64,000 bases of DNA, from positions 10,664,001 to 10,728,000 of the forward strand of contig OX597815.1 in assembly GCA_951406725.2 (NCBI GenBank). Direction: 5' to 3'. Each line of letters opens with the position of its first letter. The stretch's first letter is position 1. Under the pieces are notes generated by a model. It searched no databases, was not told where the DNA came from, and saw nothing but the letters and a program-made list of their open reading frames with translations. Positions 40,369 to 54,906 of the stretch are shown here, piece after piece. The translations under genes were made by a program, and so were the position numbers. The DNA is from Octopus vulgaris. Its lineage: Eukaryota.

Positions 40369-41130
40369 AACCTTCCAATGAATTTTCCTCATCTCCGATT
40401 TCGCGATCAATAAATATCACAAGGATTTCTCCTGACATCAGCTTACAAGATCAACGTATTAAATCACATTTAAGGCTTCAAAAAATGTCATCCACACAAA
40501 ACGAACGTGCCCAAACACCTGACTCGATGCTGACAACAGAGCAGGAGCTGGCTTTAAGTATTAACGAAAACAAGCCATCTCTTTCATTAGATAAACAAGA
40601 CGGTTTAGAAGATAACATTGGGATTTTTATAAACGATGCTTCATCTTTTGACGGACGAACCACTTCGAAATGCGTTGTAAGTGATGTTCTCGAAACCAAA
40701 ACACCTCTTCAACATACAGTGTGGCCCAATCATTCGAAAGAACAGAATGCAAATCCAGATTTGTTCTCGAAACAAATTTCTTGTAATTTTGAGTCATCGA
40801 ACAATTTAGATCTTCTGAGCATGAATCCTGAGACAATTTGTGAAAACAGCGGTTGTGTTGATAAAGATCCGTACCTCGATATGTCGCCATTACTTTCCAC
40901 GAATATACTACGACCAAACGACATCGAACCTTCTTGCAGCTTCTATGGCAGTAACTCAGAGTCGCTTACTCGGACGCAAAATGATTCTCTGAATCTGATT
41001 TCGGCGCTTGACTGGAAAGATTCCTTGCTTTCCGCAAACCAAACTACACAAAATACAATGACCAACGAGACTCATCCAATATGTTCCGACAGTAAAAGTT
41101 TGTTAAATTCTAAAGAAACTTCTGTTTGCG
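40369..41130 (+). CDS. Gene 2 large Ser/Asn/Thr-rich exon
   Basis: Acceptor ttcttctctttattccag; 762 nt of non-repetitive open frame (EPSNEFSSSP...SKETSVC); donor G|GTAACA; phase 1 to 1. Confidence 0.8.
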
Positions 41131-41313
41131 GTAACATGCATACATACATATATACATACATACATACATACATACATACATAAGTACGTACGTACGTACG
41201 TACGTACGTATGCGTACATACATACGTACGTACGTATGCTTACATACATACATACATACATACGTACATACATACATACATGCATACATATATACATACA
41301 TACATACACACAT

Positions 41314-41380
<67 letters not shown>

Positions 41381-41569
41381 ACTTAAAATTGCATGATGGA
41401 TTGCCGTCATTTCATTCTTTCTTTCTTACCTGTCTGTGTTTGCCTTTTAAGTGCTGTGTTTTTACTGAGATCCCCCTTTTAGTAGAAGGAATAGCTATAT
41501 CTCTTTGACTGCTATTTCTAAATTCGGTGTGTTGGTGAGGCAATTCGTTGCTAAACCCTTAATTACTTA

Positions 41570-41621
<52 letters not shown>

Positions 41622-41627
41622 ATACAT

Positions 41628-41783
41628 TTTATTTAAAAGCAGCAAAAATATAACAAAAGCTGTTACTCAGAGTTTCACGTTCCCGTTCGTCGGACAGTTT
41701 TTTTTTAACAAAACTGTCCGACGAACTGGAACGTGAAACTCTGAGTAACAGCTTTTGTTATATTTCTGCTGCTTTTAAATAAA
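41628..41783. mobile_element. Foldback (Penelope-like terminal repeat in inverted orientation) with a hammerhead motif in each arm
   Basis: ~75-bp near-perfect inverted arms around a short spacer; hammerhead folds at 41660-41697 (-) and 41714-41751 (+). Confidence 0.75.
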
Positions 41784-41902
41784 GCATATTACTATACCTC
41801 TGGTATTTGAGTACTCTTTTTCCACCTTGTTTCACATTTATATGCTTACTCCGGTATATATATATATGTATATATATGTATATGTGTATATATGTATATG
41901 TG

Positions 41903-41979
<77 letters not shown>

Positions 41980-42387
41980 TATGTTCGTATTCTTTACTTT
42001 TTTTTTTCTATATTTCACTTCTTTCAACTGTTTATTAACAAGAAACAAAAGCTCCATTACTGGAATGATGATTGTGACATACTGAGCTTTAGAAAAGCCG
42101 TTCTGTTCTATTTAAAGATTGTATCGTCAAAGTGCGTGTTAGCAGATCCCTTGACCCGAAATCCTAACTTTTCCAGATTGTCTTTCGTATTAGAAATAAC
42201 CAATGATTCTTGGTGTAAATATGAATTTGCAACCAAAGTGGAGGAGCTTCATGCTTTCAAGCAGTTGTCTGCAAATATTCTCTGTGTCACTGATTTTGGA
42301 AGAGATGCTCACAGATTTTCCTGTTTGCCCCAGATAACATTATCAGGTTTTTTCCTCTTTGTAGAAATTTCCATGGGAATATTCTCT

Positions 42388-42697
42388 TGTGTCTGGGAAG
42401 AGTCATTTTCTTTTTGTGCCCTATTATGTAACACACTCACCGGTAAATTTTCCACTTATTATTTCTTTTTTTTTATTCTCCTGAAATTTTCGTTGCGTCC
42501 TGCAACCTTTTCAATAGATAAGGTTGCAAGACACAACGAAAAGTTTAGGAGAATAAATATAAGAAAAAAAAGTGGAAATTTTACCGGTGAGTGTGTTAGA
42601 TTATAAGGTACAAAAAGAAAATGACTCTCCCCAGACACAACAGAAAATGCTTCAACACACGTACTCACATAAAGAATCTTGCAAACCAAATCCAAAA
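42388..42697. mobile_element. Foldback repeat family P1 (Penelope-like end structure)
   Basis: ~125-bp inverted arms plus a unique extension; flanked by AGAAAT(T/A)TCCATGGGAATA direct repeats. Confidence 0.78.
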
Positions 42698-43102
42698 AAG
42701 AAATATCCATGGGAATAATTCCGTCAGTATGCCTTGTGTTGATGTACATATTTAACAATAGCAGAGCTCTTGTCTATAGTTTTCAGGTGGGCGTTGTTTC
42801 GGTGAATGGCAGCGTATATTGGTTTAGCATCAACAAAAATCGCAATGGATGGTAGCATCTCGACGACAGTTTTGGACAGCTGCTGATTAGAGGAGTTATG
42901 TCCTCCACAGAACAGTGACATATTCGGTATTTGCAATGACGTCTTGAAAGTTCCAGGGTGTCACCGTTCCGTTTGTTCATTAGATATGTCGTAGTATTCT
43001 CCTGCTCCTGGATTGCAAAATTCCTCGAAATGTGACGTGATGTAACGGTCACGAGTCAACGCGAAGCTACACATTCTGTTAATATTATCATCTTTCTCAA
43101 GA

Positions 43103-43510
43103 AGGCGGCGAGCTGGCAGAAACGTTAGTAAGCTGGGCGAAATGCTTAGCGGTATTTCATCTGCCGCTACGTTCTGAGTTCAAATTCCGCCGAGGTCGAC
43201 TTTGCCTTTCATCCTTTCGGGGTCGATTAAATAAGCACCAGTTACGCACTGGGGTCGATGTAATCCATTTAATCCGTTTGTCTGTCCTTGTTTGTCCTCT
43301 CTATGTTTAGCCCCTTGTGGGTAGTAAAGAAATAGGTATTTCGTCTGCCGCTACGTTCTGAGTTCAAATTCCGCCGAGGTCGACTTTGCCTTTCATCCTT
43401 TCGGGGATCAGTACCAGTTGCGCACTGGGGTCGATGTAATCGACTTAATCCCTTTGACTGTCCTTGTTTGTCATCTCTATGTTTAGCCCCTTGTGAGCAA
43501 TCAAGAAATA
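43103..43510 (+). mobile_element. SINE family A dimer
   Basis: TSD ATTATCATC(T/C)TTCTCAAG. Confidence 0.9.
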
Positions 43511-44114
43511 ATTATCATCCTTCTCAAGTTTACAGGAAACATATCCTTGCATACCCTTTTTATGATGTACAGTCTTAAAAAGAAACTTTGTAATTGGAAT
43601 CATTTGAAGAATCTAGAATTTATCCTCAGTTATAGGTACCTCCAAAAGAGCAGCACCTCATTCTAACGAGACGTTAGTAAAGTGCAGCTTTAGTGAGATG
43701 CTAGTGTACACCAAGGTTCCTCCATTTTCAACTTGAAGGAGAAAAGGCAGAGAAAATCGACTTGATTCAATCATCTGTTTAACCTAGATATGTTTACGAA
43801 GATAATTAGGAACATGTGCGCGCGCTAGTGTGTTTTGTGTGTGTGTGTATGAGAGAGAGAGAGAGAGAGAGAAGAGAGAGAGAGTGAGTGAGAGAGAGAG
43901 GGTGAGAGAGAGAGAGAGAGAGATGAGACGAGATGAGATTACCAAGTTGATAAAGTACTCAATACTAGTAAGTAGAATAATGTAAAAAAATTGTTATTTT
44001 TATTGACTAAGTGCAATTTGTTTCGCTACATTAAACTTGAAGCATATTGATTTTATAAGTTTAATGTTGCGAAACAAATCATACGATTGTCAACAAAAAT
44101 AATAATAAAAATGT

Positions 44115-44172
<58 letters not shown>

Positions 44173-44889
44173 ATTAATATTTGCATGTATTTGTATATGT
44201 GTTAATTTTTCCAGTTCAATACTCATAAATTTTTTCTAACTGAAAATGTACAGATTTTGTCGAATTATGGCTTCGTTCATAAGCAAAACTAATTGTCGAT
44301 GTTGATTTTGCTTTTAGCTGCAGATCAACTCTGATCGAATAGTCCTGTGGTCACAGGTATTCAATCTATCACTTTTTTCAGTAATTGGATACCCCGTTGG
44401 CCTTGTCTAATATGTTGTTTTATAAAACAATATATGCGAAGTTCGAGGGTGCTATTTCTGGCGTGCTGCACGACCAGGAAGGGACTACCTCGCAAGAAAT
44501 GTAGTTAACACCAATTAGTGATTCCTAAATTGGTTTATTTCAAATGCATATCAGCCAATTGTTCTGCCTGGCGTTTTTAGCCATTATTTAATTGCTATTG
44601 CTTGATTATCTTTGATCATATGTCTGGGGAATCAGGGATGAAACAAAGTTCAATAGTAACAGCTACAACAAAAACACAAGCCAACAACATCCCTTCTACA
44701 CAGTCACTAGACCTGCTAGAAATTACAGTCAAATCTCTTTGAAATCACGCTCTACTATCTTTAAAAAAAAGGATATATAGAATAATGCATTCCTGGCTGT
44801 TCTATTTCTGGAAAAAACAAAAAACTAGCAGGAATCAATCGTCATTTTGAGTGTTTTCAATCATAGTTGTGCTAGAGAAGTAAATTGGA

Positions 44890-45071
44890 GTTTTTGTCTG
44901 CCGTAACGTTCTGAGTTCAAATTCTGTCGAGGTCGACTTTGCCTTTCATCCTTTCGGGGTCGATAAATTAAGTACCAGTTACGCACTGGGGTCGATGTAA
45001 TCGACTTAATCCGTTTGTCTGTCCTTGTTTGTCCCCTCTGTGTTTAGCCCCTTGTGGGTAGTAAAGAAATA
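44890..45071 (+). mobile_element. SINE family A headless body unit
   Basis: One body unit lacking the A-box head. Confidence 0.85.
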
Positions 45072-45167
45072 TATAAAGCGACTTAGAGTACCATACCAAG
45101 GTACTTATCAAACACTTGTACAAATAGATTTATTTAAAAGAGATTATGTTTTATAATAAACTATTGT

Positions 45168-45426
45168 GTTGGGTCTGGGGAGAGTCATTTTCTTTTTGTG
45201 CCTTATAATATAACACACTCACCGGTAAAATTTCCACTTTTTTTCTCTTATTTTTATTTTCCTAAAATTTTCGTTGCGTCTTGCAACTTTTTCAAGTGGA
45301 AATTTTACCGGTGAGTGGGTTATATTATAAGGCACAAAAAGAGAATGACTCTCCCCAGACACAACAGAATATGCTTCAACACACGAACTCACATAAATAA
45401 TCTTGCAAACCAAATCCCCAAAACGA
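45168..45426. mobile_element. Foldback repeat family P1
   Basis: 13-bp TSD AATAAACTATTGT at 45155-45167 and 45427-45439. Confidence 0.82.
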
Positions 45427-45448
45427 AATAAACTATTGTATATTTCAG

Positions 45449-45873
45449 AAATACCTGCCATGGCTCCGCAGGATGCCGCGGATACCAAATGCAGTATGAG
45501 CAGTGATTTAGTGCCTCTGGTGACACCCGCCGTGTCTCCTATTCCTGTCGGTCATAATCTCCTACAACACCAGCAGGAACTGCAACCTTTACTGCCTTTG
45601 CCACCACTACAACCGCAACAGCATCAGCAAGAACAACAACAGTCACAACCCCTACAGCCGGAACAACAAGAACAACAAATGTTATTGCAGCAACAGCAAC
45701 AACAACAGCAACATCAGCAGCAGCAACAACAACAACAGCTGCAGCAACATCTCTTACAGCAACAACAACAACAACAACTACTACATGTGCAACAAGAGCC
45801 CGTACCATGTATACCAAATGGTTCTGACATTCTTCCCGTGTTTGCAAGGAAAATATATTCATCGGGCAACGAG
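45449..45873 (+). CDS. Gene 2 polyglutamine exon
   Basis: Acceptor tatatttcag, phase 1; EIPAMAPQDAADTK...QQQQ...ARKIYSSGNE; donor GAG|GTTTGT, phase 0; mixed CAA/CAG codons. Confidence 0.8.
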
Positions 45874-46070
45874 GTTTGTTTCTTTGTTGTCATTGTCCTT
45901 GTTGTTGTTATTGTTATAGTAGTAGTAGTGGTGGTGGTGGTGGTGGTGGTGGTTGTAGTGGTGGTGGTGGTGGTAATGGTAGTAGTAGTGGTAGTAGTAG
46001 TAGTAGTAATAGTAGTAGTAGTAGTAGTGGCGGTGGTGGTGATAGTGGTAGTGGCAGTAGTAGTAGCAGC

Positions 46071-46136
<66 letters not shown>

Positions 46137-46399
46137 TGTTGCAGCAGAAGTAAGGAGAAAATAAATACCTGTGTTGTTTATTTTGTTTGGTGCAGATCAG
46201 CCCTATCTATCAACGGACCTATAATGAAAGACTTTCCAGTCGTGACCATGTCAGCGTCATCTGTTACCATGGAAAGTAGTTTAGATTTAGGATTGTCTTT
46301 GATAGACGCCCTTACCGGTTTGAAACGACCGAGTTTTGTTGATCTTTGTTTTTTATGACATTTGCTGTACCTGTCACTGTTTGGATCAAAGAATGTAGT

Positions 46400-47985
46400 T
46401 CCGTCACATCTTTTTGTATATACCTCGAGGTCATCCGTATAAAGTAGGTAATTTCTAAATGGCTGCTTAATGAGATCTGACGAACATCAGGTTCTTCAAT
46501 TTCTGATTTATTGTTTGTATACTATCGAGCGTTTCGATAATGATTTCCCAGGTTAGTCAATATATATACATACAATTCTGGCATTTAATGCAGTAGATTA
46601 GATATCTGTTTTTACAGATCAGTTTTGTATTTGGAAATATTCTCTTCCGATTTTTGTACTAATACCAGTATGTGTTAGATGGCATGTACCACATATATTG
46701 TCATTTGGATACTACGAATGTTTTATCCTTGTTGTTCAGTTCAAACTTTGCATTTGTCAATAATTGCTCCGCGTTTTTTAGTTGACTTTTACTTGGAACA
46801 AATGTTCAATCAGCAATAGCTCGTTATTTTGACCGATGATAGGCAAGTTTGGTGATGTTAAGAATATTTTGGTGCCATGGGTTGTGCGTCATTATAAATG
46901 CTATGACGTTCTGTTCTTGTGCTCCCCTTTCATAGCTTGCTCTAAGTCGTTGTATAAATATTTCTTTATCCCGCTTTTTACTATTTCCTATAAATAGGAA
47001 TGAATATTTTTACTTGATTAGAAATCCTTTGCGTTCTGGGAGACATTTATTTTTTGTATCTATGTCATTAACAATAGTACAAATTTTCCTGCCTTTACAG
47101 TATGGAATATTCTGTTTCGTATGTGTTCAATGGATTATTCAAAGTATGGTATGTGTCTTTATAATATGTGTACGTGATGAAGGTGGTGTCATTTTTAATT
47201 ACCATTATGTCAAGAAATGGTAATTTTGTTGTATTGCTCATCCCCTTTGTAAGTTTCAAAGTTGGGTGCATATTGTTTAGGAGATCGCTGAATTCTTTGT
47301 ACCTTCTAAAGTTAGTGCCATAGTTTTGTTCCATGTATCCCTTTACAGAGTTCGCATTACATGGGGAAAACTTTGTTCCCATTGTTGTGCCTCTAAATTA
47401 AAGATAACTACTGAAAAAAATATGTTGTTTTCAAGGGTAGACTGACCGGATCTAATATAAGGGCTATGGGAATTTTACTAGGAATCATTTGCCTGTGTTT
47501 TACGACACAATATTTAAATGTCATTATTCCCAAATGTGTGGAATATTTGCGTAGAGGCTTACTATAACACTAACCAAGAACGAATTCGATTCTGCTGGCT
47601 TGGGTAGGTGAGAGTGGAAATCGATGTCATTCCGAATGAAATGTGTTATGTTGGTATATAGTGGTTTCAAAATGATGTCAACCAAATCTTTTAGCCGGTC
47701 CTGCTATAATAGGTCTAGGTTTAAATCTTTTGGTTGTCGTAATTTTGCGCCTTTACTGCATTTTGTTTTTCCTATGATTCCATAAAAGTTGCTGACTTTT
47801 GTTTCAAAATCGGCAATGCAGTCACTATTACTTTAGTGTTTCGAAATCAGATTTCTGAGCCTCTTCGTGATACAGTGACCTTTATTTGAAGGTATTTGAT
47901 AGAAAAAGGATATATCTTTCATCTGATGTTCAGCAGAATCCCTGTAATATCCGGCATCCAATATGACAATAGGACCAACTTTACC
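46400..47985 (-). mobile_element. Degenerate Penelope-like retroelement (RT plus GIY-YIG region)
   Basis: Minus translation GTTMGTKFSP..AN, LNNMHPTLKLT and LPFLDIMV (PLE RT motifs), then LIYCIKCQNC (start of GIY-YIG); multiple stops and frameshifts. Confidence 0.75.
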
Positions 47986-48070
47986 TGCTTTTTGATGACT
48001 TTTGTGTTGTTGTTTTGTAAAAATACGTAAATATGCATTGTTTATATTTATATATGTCTGTATAGATAAG

Positions 48071-48134
<64 letters not shown>

Positions 48135-48224
48135 GTGAGAGAGACAGTGAGAGAGTGAGAGAGAGAGAATGGAAAGAAAAAGTTCACAGAGAAACTATTG
48201 TTTTGTAGAAGTGTAGATTTCTTG

Positions 48225-48270
<46 letters not shown>

Positions 48271-48419
48271 TCGTGCGTGTGTATGTGTGTTTGTTGTATC
48301 GCGGTATAATAAGTTTACCTATAACAAACAAGCAATTATTCTATTTCACTTCTTTTTATTATTATTAGTTAATTTGTTGACTAGTTAATAATAATAATAA
48401 TAGTAATAATAATAATAAC

Positions 48420-48477
<58 letters not shown>

Positions 48478-49049
48478 GAACTAATATGTACGCTTCTTAT
48501 TACGTGAGGGGGATACAAACATAAACACACACACACATATATCCTTTAGCTAATTATACTGGACTCACGTTTGTTAAGTTGATGAATTGTGACTCAAGGG
48601 ATTTTATTAAAATAATTCAATGTTTCTTAAGAAATATTTTATGGAGATCTTCTTGTTTGTTTTTGGAAACTTTGTTGTTGCTGTTTCGCTCAAGGTAAAT
48701 TCTGATTGAACATATCTATGACAAAACAGATATTCAGTCGTTTATCCAACGTAGCCAGTACCACCTTGTAAAATAATGATCAACGCATTTACTTTTTCTC
48801 TACTTTTCCCCATTTTTTCTCCATTTTTGTCAAGTGCCTTCTGTTCAAAATGTCAAATAAACTCTGTTTTTTCTTTCCTTGCTGCGTAGAAGTAATAACT
48901 ACATATTTTGTATCCTTGCACGTTGTTTTATAGTTATTTTCGCTTGTTTTCTGAGCCTTTTCACTTGATTACATTTTGTAATGTATCCTTTCCTTTGCCA
49001 AGACGTTAAGAGATGTTATTTGAACGACGATTAAGCTTTTGTTTGTTAC

Positions 49050-49261
49050 TAGTCTCAGCCATTAAGGCTACGGTCCAGCTAGAGCACAGTCTTGAATTTT
49101 AGTCAAATCAACCCCAGTACTTATTTTTGTAAAAAGCCTGGTACTTATTCTATCCATCTTTTTTGCTGAACCACTAATGTGCGGGGACGTAAACAGACCA
49201 ACACCACTTTTCAGGCAGTGGTCACACACACGTACACACACACACACTCTCTCTGTCTCTG

Positions 49262-49294
<33 letters not shown>

Positions 49295-49530
49295 TTCACA
49301 CACGCACACACATTCACACACGCACACACACACATTCTCACACGCACACACACACTCTTTCTCACACACACATACGACAGGCTTCTTTCTGTTTCTGCCT
49401 ACAAAAATCCACTCACTTGTCTTTGGTCGGCCCGAGGTTATAGTAGAAGACACTTACCGATGGGGTCACGCAGTGGGATTGAACCCATAACCATGTGGCT
49501 GGAAAACAAACTTCTTACAACATAGGCGCG
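49050..49530 (-). mobile_element. SINE family C, old copy with expanded internal CA/CT microsatellite
   Basis: Similarity to 36920-37333. Confidence 0.78.
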
Positions 49531-49621
49531 CTTATTTCTAACAGGTTGCGTGACCATGTACAGGCTTTTTCGTTAGCTCTTTGGATACTGTCTTTCGCAA
49601 CCATGTGTTGTGATATTGTGT

Positions 49622-50003
49622 TGAGGCGCAATGGCCCAGTGGTTAGGGCAACGGACTCGCGGTCGTAGGATCGCGGTTTCGATTCCCAGACCGGGCGTTG
49701 TGAGTGTTTATTGAGCGAAAACACCTAAAGCTCCACGAGGCTCTGGCAGGGGATGGTGGTGATCCCTGCTGTACTCTTTCACCACAACTTTCTCTCACTC
49801 TTACTTCCTGTTTCTGTTGTACCTGTATTTCAAAGGGCCGGCCTTGTCACTCTCTGTGTCACACTGAATATCTCCGAGAACTACGTTAAGGGTACACGTG
49901 TCTGTGGAGTGCTCAGCCACTTACACGTTAATTTCACGAGCAGGCTGTTCCGTTGATCGGATCAACCGGAACCCTCGTCGTCGTAACCGACGGAGTACTT
50001 CCA
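49622..50003 (+). mobile_element. SINE family B, full length
   Basis: TSD TGTGATATTGTGT. Confidence 0.92.
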
Positions 50004-51037
50004 TGTGATATTGTGTAGATTTCCTTATATATGTCACAGTTGTAATTTTATTTCTGAAACCTAAAAATATAAGATTAAGATATTTTTGCCTAGCATCAAG
50101 TTTACTTCCTTCCTTTATCTGGAAATACAAGCATATTTTTATATTCTTGATTAAATTAAGGAGGTAATTTTCGAAGAACGGCTAGTATTTCTTTTGTTGT
50201 TAGTATTTCCGACATCTTAATTTAAGTTACTCTGTGGACGTCTTTATTTCATTTATCTTATCGAAGGGGTGCTCTCTCTCTCTCTGTCTCTCTGTCTCTC
50301 TATCTATCTATCTATCCATTTATCTGTACAGACACATATAAATATAAACAATGTATATTTACGTATGTGTGTGTGTGTGTGCGTTCGTGCGTAATGTGTA
50401 TGTGTATGTATATATATATGCTTACCATACAATAATCATGTTCACTTGTGTATTAATAAAATAAGTATATCCATTACGATTACATGTATATCCTCTCGCC
50501 TATATATATATATACATAACGAAACATCTAGGATGTGATGTGCCAGAAGAAGAGAGAAATGTATGGGATTAGGTTGGTGCTCACTTTCAGTTGGGAGGAA
50601 TGGAACAACATGAAATATAATGCTGTTGATTAAGAAAACGCACTGGCCAATGAAAGAATCGAACACGCTAAAATATAATCGTGATCCCAGCAACCTAACT
50701 ATTAAACCAAGCGCGCGCGCACATACACATGCACAAACACACACGCACATATACAGCGTAACATTTATGTGGTCAGCTTGGCGCAATATAAACCGTGCAG
50801 GCAAAATTTGGTCGTCACCAATTGTGACTGTATGTGCTACAAACACATATATTGATAGAATCAAGAGTCAAACTACTTTTCGCTGCGTAATCGCACATTT
50901 ATATATAGTGACTGGGCATATAATTGCCCCTCGAGCGGAGGAAAGCTAGAACCCTCTACTGCACAGTTTCATTCTAATGGGAATTGTCTACAGCGTGCTT
51001 CCATTTCTTCCATGGAACAACTAATTCCCTCTGTCTG

Positions 51038-51136
<99 letters not shown>

Positions 51137-51537
51137 ATATTATTAACAACCAAAATAAGCAACAAGGATATCCAGAGGTAATGCAGTACGATCATTTCCT
51201 GAAACTCCATTTAATTGAAAAATGCAATCGTTACATCAGTTTAAAATGCAGAGCAATCCTCAGCTGCACAAAGACATAGAATTTAATTAAATTATAACAG
51301 ATGGACACAGTATAATTATACTTAAAATCTCCAAGGAGTTAAGGAGATAGACAAAGAACATGCAAAGAACATGAAGTTACTAAGTTATCAAGAAAATATA
51401 CAATGTTACAGACTCTGCCTGTCACTGATTTTTTTTTGTTGTTTTTATGGAGTCAGTTTTAATTTATAGACTAGTTTATCAAATCCTTGTATATCTAAGG
51501 CTGAGAGAGCAAAGGGCAGAATCTGTATGTGAATAAA

Positions 51538-51926
51538 TAGATTTATTCCCATACCAAAACAATTATATATAAAAATATAAGGGGCTATTAGGAGAGTTTA
51601 AAATTACAAGGTAAAAATTGGACAAACATATGTAAACTGTAAAGTGTTTAAATGTTCACAGAAATTTCACTGAGTTTCACAGGGAAAAAAAGTAATATCA
51701 ATGTACATCTTGTTATGATCTTCACCAAACCTTTACATTGATTTTAGTATCTATCCCTGTGAAACTCATTGAAATTTCAGTAAACACTTGAAGGTTTAAA
51801 CATGTTTGCCCAATTTTTACCTTCTAATTTTAAACTGTCCAAACCCCACTTCCACTTTTATATATATATTTGTATCGTTGACAAGCCAAAAAATGTTGAA
51901 ACTTATTTGGTATGTGAATAAATCTG
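51538..51926. mobile_element. Old palindromic MITE-like element
   Basis: Nested imperfect inverted matches: AGATTTATTCCCATACCAAA/TTTGGTATGTGAATAAATCT, GGTAAAAATTGG/CCAATTTTTACC, TGAGTTTCACAGGG/CCCTGTGAAACTCA. Confidence 0.7.
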
Positions 51927-51981
51927 TTTAAAAACGAATACACGTTTTTCAGAGTCAGGTGCAAACTCCAAAACAGATTCT

Positions 51982-52161
<180 letters not shown>

Positions 52162-52173
52162 ATGCATATCTAT

Positions 52174-52229
<56 letters not shown>

Positions 52230-52297
52230 ATGCATATATATACATATATATATTTATTGAGAGAGAGATAGACAGAGAAATTCACATTTATATACGT

Positions 52298-52381
<84 letters not shown>

Positions 52382-52706
52382 ACGGCGTTCGCCTACTTCT
52401 TTTAGAAGACGAAATTTGTTTGTTTTTTTTAATCTATATTTTTCTCAAAGGTTGGAAAACAAATAATTACAAGAATAATCTTTTTTTTCTAAGTTTAATG
52501 TTCTTTAGATCAAAAGATCAATTAATGATATAGTCAATATAAATAATTAAGTACATTTAATATTGATTAATTTAGTCATTCATGGTTTTTAACGTCTGTA
52601 AAGAAAATTAAAAAAATTAAATTATATACTTCCTACTCTAAAACAAGTGTATGAACCCGGATAAATCGTGCCTGCACGTGTGTGCGTGTGTGAGTCCATG
52701 AATATG

Positions 52707-52792
<86 letters not shown>

Positions 52793-52807
52793 ATACAGAT
52801 ATATATG

Positions 52808-52840
<33 letters not shown>

Positions 52841-52864
52841 TGAATATATATATATACATATACA

Positions 52865-52907
<43 letters not shown>

Positions 52908-53069
52908 ATATATATATAATCAAAATAAGCAACAAGGATATCCTTGTTGCTTATTTTGATAGTAATCACCCCATTTTGAATTATATGGATAATATCATAC
53001 TAAATTCTGGTGCCTTTAACTTAAGTACCATATTCAACTGAATCTAAATTCTACTGAACTTACATATAT

Positions 53070-53107
<38 letters not shown>

Positions 53108-53241
53108 GCACGTTAAAACACACCCCAACACACAGGTACACATACATATATGTGTGTACGTATGTAGCATAATTTACTCACCATCAAACTAAGTGCTCTG
53201 TAGATTTTAACCCTTCCTTTTCCTACATTTATATCTTACAG

Positions 53242-53451
53242 GTATCTGGTGATACAAGAGACCTGACCAAACCTCCAAGTTATGCTGAAAACAATATTGA
53301 TTTAGCCCACAAACTGGATCTGCTGCAAAAAATGAATGAGACGCTCCATGTAGAATTAGTTCAGCTGCGTGGCAGCGTACCAGAACTTGTTTCCAAGACT
53401 CACTTGTCCTGGCTTCAATCTCAGTCAACACTTCTGAAAGAGGAATGCAGG
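53242..53451 (+). CDS. Gene 2 exon (start of coiled-coil region)
   Basis: Acceptor atatcttacag, phase 0; VSGDTRDLTKPPSYAENNIDLAHKLDLLQKMNETLHVELVQLRG...LLKEECR; donor AGG|GTATAT, phase 0. Confidence 0.8.
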
Positions 53452-53574
53452 GTATATAATATATATTTAATAATGATTACCGTTGTCGTTTTGGTCGTTG
53501 ATCAAGCCGAACTATAAATGATGCCGTTCCAGCTATAACTAAAACGTCTCTTTTGTTAATGTGTTGTATTTAAA

Positions 53575-53920
53575 ATGGTAAAGACCCCCTTTCGGTCATG
53601 AATGATCATGGCATTGCATCTAAAAAGTTTCCCACCGAGGCGCAAGTCCGAGTGAGGTTGTTTATGAAAGACCAGCAATCGCCCATGCATATCCGTTTTC
53701 CTTCTCAACACCACTGACGTTATCAAATGGAAAGACAAAGGCGCCGACACAGCTTGGCACCAGTGACGATGCGACTTATTTCTGCAGCTGAGTGAACTGG
53801 AGCAACGTGAAACAAAATGTCTTGCTCAAGAACACAACACATAGTCCGGTCTGAGAATCGAACTCACTACTTCATGACTGTGAGCTCGACGCTCTAACTA
53901 CTGAACCATACGCCTTCACT
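53575..53920 (-). mobile_element. tRNA-derived SINE with head D and a different tail
   Basis: Head and CTTGAGCAAGACA...TTCACGTTGCTCCAGT.CACTCAGCTG core shared with 19293-19613; tail unrelated. Confidence 0.78.
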
Positions 53921-54906
53921 TGTATTTTGACCTACATTAATTAATCTGCTTGCATTTTTAAAGACCTTAATGTACATTTTGAGAAAGATTTAGTTGCTAT
54001 TTCGAAAAAACTGATCATATAGATGTACTTTTATTTGTTCAATTCAATAACAGTTACTTATTAGACCACTGGTTTAAAGAAGTAGAATATAACAATGTTT
54101 CTTCCGTGCCTGTTCCAGTATTATTACATGCAACATAAAGCTATGAAATAGCAAGAGTCATCAGAGTATCGAGAAGAATGCCTCTCGGTATTTGTTACGA
54201 TTCTCTGCGCTCACTATTCAGAGGTCAACTTTACTTTTCATCTTTTCGGACTCCATAAAAAGGAACCAATTCAGAGCGGTCGGTTACCTGTAACTGTTCT
54301 TACCCTTTGCGATCTAACGACAATACCTGTTATGATAATGGTGCCAAGCTGTATCGCCTTTATCTTTCCCTTCAACATCATCAATGGCGAAGAGAGAGAA
54401 ATTTTTCATAAGTAGACAACTGGTAGTCTTTCATAACAAAATAAAAAAGAAAAGCACTTTTCCCGGATTCGCACCTCAGGGAAGAATTTCCTGGCAAAAA
54501 GTCAGTCAGCCATGGCTGAATGAGGTCCTAGATATTGTACTGATTATATATAAACAAGATCGTGAACTTAAATTACCCGTTTTATATTTAATGATTTCTG
54601 TCAATTCGTCTGTAGTTGATACTACCTATAAATATTTATAACGAAACACAGAATCTCACAAAATATAATCATCGGCGGTCAATGGAAATTTATTAGTATT
54701 TTGCAGTGAATACAGCAAACATTCAAATATATTTCTGTTGAATTTCAACTAATATATCATTAAAGCAATCTTGAAAATGGAATCTGTATGGAAATCTTTG
54801 TTGAAAATCTTCCATATTTTTGCTTATAACCATGCTCTTCATTCACTGAAATTCATATAGGCCCAGTTTGAATTTAGAATTGTTGCTTTCTCTGCTCTTT
54901 TGATAG

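Noticed and set aside
42100-43730. Possible host exons on the minus strand
   Set aside because: Fragmented frames that weakly resemble a decayed L1/Tx1-like RT; no consistent splice structure, too degraded to call.
45876-46358. Ser/Gly-rich or Val-rich ORFs after the polyQ exon
   Set aside because: Intronic (GTA)n/(GTG)n microsatellite following the donor at 45874.
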